64,000 nt of DNA, from NCBI GenBank assembly GCA_017446685.1, contig JAFSQI010000106.1, positions 4,351 to 68,350 of the forward strand, written 5' to 3'. Position numbers and translations under genes: made by a program. Below are positions 62,156 to 64,000 of the stretch, in pieces. The notes below the pieces were generated by a model that saw only the letters and a list, made by a program, of their open reading frames with translations, did not search any database and was not told where the DNA came from. Positions within the stretch are counted from its first letter, which is position 1. Every line of letters begins with the position of its first letter. The stretch comes from Butyrivibrio sp. (GTDB taxonomy: Bacteria > Bacillota > Clostridia > Lachnospirales > Lachnospiraceae).

Positions 62156-64000
62156 ATGGTTCCACCTAAAGGAGTAATTGAAAAATCAAAGGTTGATAAT
62201 ATATCTGATTTTTCCCCCGAAGAGTTATACATTGAGGGAATTGATGAGCTTGAAGATTATGATAATGAAATAAATCCCAACATATCAGGAACGACTACAA
62301 ATGCTATTGCTCTCAATAGACCAAGGAGAAAAGCAGCAGTAAGTCAAAACAATAAAAATCAAATTAAAAAAAATGAGGATAATAAATCTAATTGGAATCT
62401 GAAAGAAAACCTTGCTGATTATGTAACAGATTACAAAATAGAAGAAAGTTTTTTACGTGAATATGAAAAAGATTATGTCGAACCTATAAATACTCCGCCT
62501 GTATTTGAGACTAATTCCTTTTTCAGAGGGCTTACAGATTTACATAGCTATATGGGGCTAAGATATACAAGAAAAGACAGTGACGATGGCAGACTTCACA
62601 GGAAGCGTATAGCGGTAGGATTTGGAAGCCAAAAGGGTACATTGTCGGGCGTTGGTAAGTTAATGAATGAAAATGGAAATAAAACAGATGCTTCTTCTGA
62701 AACGCCAATAACAGTAGATAATCTTAACAGAACATTTAATGCTATTCAAAATACGAATGATAATATAGTAGAAACGAAAAAAAAGAATTTTATTAAATGG
62801 CTTTTTACTAGTGGAAAACGTAAGAATACGGAGTTTAGCGGAAATTATAATGTTTTAACAAATAATTGTAATGACTTTGTAATAGCTATGGCAAAAGCTG
62901 CAGGAGTAACTGTACCTGAGAAGCTCCATGATTCTATTTGGGGACCTTTTGTAGTTTATAAACATCTTAGAGAAGCTGCAGAAAAGGGAGTGATGGAAGG
63001 CGGAACCAGAATCTTTTTTTCAAATGCTATTGATCCTGATTCTACCGGCAAACCTAATTTGCAGGTTCAACAAACATTATTAAATGACTTTATTTCCAGA
63101 GCTAGATTTGGAGCTTCCAAAGATGGCATAAATCTTGAGGATGAAAAGGAATTCATGTCACTTCTTACACAAGTTGATTTGGATGCTAAACAAATACAAA
63201 AATATCTTGAAGCTCAAAACAGTGATGATCCTAATCCGGAAATTTTACCCAATAATATGACTGAGGAAGTTATCCGGATTTCCAATAATGTTCGAAAAGC
63301 TGTCGAATTTAAGACTAAAAGAAAGCATCAGAAAATCACCAGGTATCTTCTTAAAGTGGAGGCTCTTGCCAAAACATTGATTACTAATGATACAAGAGCT
63401 ATCGAATCTTTAACTGATGAAGAAATAGAATATGCAACAACTGAATTGACAAATGCTGAAAAATTTGCAAAACAAAAAAATGAAACTGTAACAGTGAAAA
63501 GCCTGCTAAATGGAGAAAATATTTATGTAGGACCTAATTTGGCTATTGGTGAGCTTATGCTTACGGCAATTGGATTACCGGATCATATCAGAACTAGTGA
63601 AAATGGAAACATAATGTCTGATTATAATGTTTCCACAGAACTAGATAAGATTATTGGGGCTGTCAGGTCTGATGTGTTTAATAGATTTGATGAATATTTG
63701 CTCAAATTTATTGGTGCAAGAAATTCTTTGTCAAATTCTACAATCAGTAAGTATATTGCAGTAGGTGTTGCAAATGGTTTGGGATTAGCAAATCTTAGAA
63801 GTACCATGGCTTTACATTGGTCAATTCAAGAATCAGACCCGGACTTTGAAAATAAGATAAAAAGAACATCAAGATCTTATACAACTGTTATGAATTTGAA
63901 TAATACTGATCCGCAATCAATTCAGCAAAGAACTAATCATATACAGAAGATGATTGAACTTGAAACACTTATTCGCGCAAAAGTCGAGTCTCTTCGGGAA
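62156..64000 (+). CDS. Large hypothetical protein (>=615 aa, 3'-incomplete) with N-terminal permuted papain-like (PPPDE/LRAT-type) motif; not in the ORF track
   Basis: GGAGGT RBS then ATG 62156; frame open to the window end; LHSYMGL (His130) and YNVLTNNCNDF (Cys238). Confidence 0.75.
   Translation, partial: MVPPKGVIEKSKVDNISDFSPEELYIEGIDELEDYDNEINPNISGTTTNAIALNRPRRKAAVSQNNKNQIKKNEDNKSNWNLKENLADYVTDYKIEESFLREYEKDYVEPINTPPVFETNSFFRGLTDLHSYMGLRYTRKDSDDGRLHRKRIAVGFGSQKGTLSGVGKLMNENGNKTDASSETPITVDNLNRTFNAIQNTNDNIVETKKKNFIKWLFTSGKRKNTEFSGNYNVLTNNCNDFVIAMAKAAGVTVPEKLHDSIWGPFVVYKHLREAAEKGVMEGGTRIFFSNAIDPDSTGKPNLQVQQTLLNDFISRARFGASKDGINLEDEKEFMSLLTQVDLDAKQIQKYLEAQNSDDPNPEILPNNMTEEVIRISNNVRKAVEFKTKRKHQKITRYLLKVEALAKTLITNDTRAIESLTDEEIEYATTELTNAEKFAKQKNETVTVKSLLNGENIYVGPNLAIGELMLTAIGLPDHIRTSENGNIMSDYNVSTELDKIIGAVRSDVFNRFDEYLLKFIGARNSLSNSTISKYIAVGVANGLGLANLRSTMALHWSIQESDPDFENKIKRTSRSYTTVMNLNNTDPQSIQQRTNHIQKMIELETLIRAKVESLRE

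Noticed and set aside
1-64000. CRISPR arrays, tRNA/rRNA genes, intact transposases or integrases
   Set aside because: No spaced repeat arrays, cloverleaf or rRNA-like segments, or DDE/tyrosine/serine recombinase motifs were seen by eye

Overview
AT-rich, gene-dense chromosomal segment from a Lachnospiraceae-like Firmicute. Gene content and order are compatible with a rumen Butyrivibrio-type organism; this is an inference, not a database result. Positions ~1.3-53.6 kb are mostly housekeeping: a CadC-HMA-CadA metal efflux operon, purine salvage, rnhA, transaldolase, an ABC exporter, iorAB-paaK-ACT with a divergent acyl-CoA ligase, dut, gltX, a UvrD-like helicase, a GlgX-like protein, pepT, miaB-mutS-mutL-miaA, radC-mreBCD-pbp2-rodA-mgsA-dac, and sepF-aroB-lspA-rluD. 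No rRNA, tRNA or CRISPR array was seen. The last ~10 kb (53.7-64 kb) is accessory and holds the most interesting signal. An ECF-like promoter (TGCCA-N15-TCGTAT) precedes an unannotated 47-aa double-glycine-type leader peptide, two membrane HAMP-SpoIIE/PP2C phosphatases, and a large ORF (>=615 aa, runs off the window) with a permuted papain-like His...YNVLTNNCNDF motif. This unit is interrupted by a 1.77-kb mobile-element relic (vanZ, relaxase tail, oriT-like hairpins, and a secreted protein with the same promoter motif) bracketed by a 327-bp direct repeat. Other observations are a recurring 20-bp palindromic operator linking the iorAB/paaK/ligase/GNAT genes and a GlgX homolog that lacks its catalytic residues.
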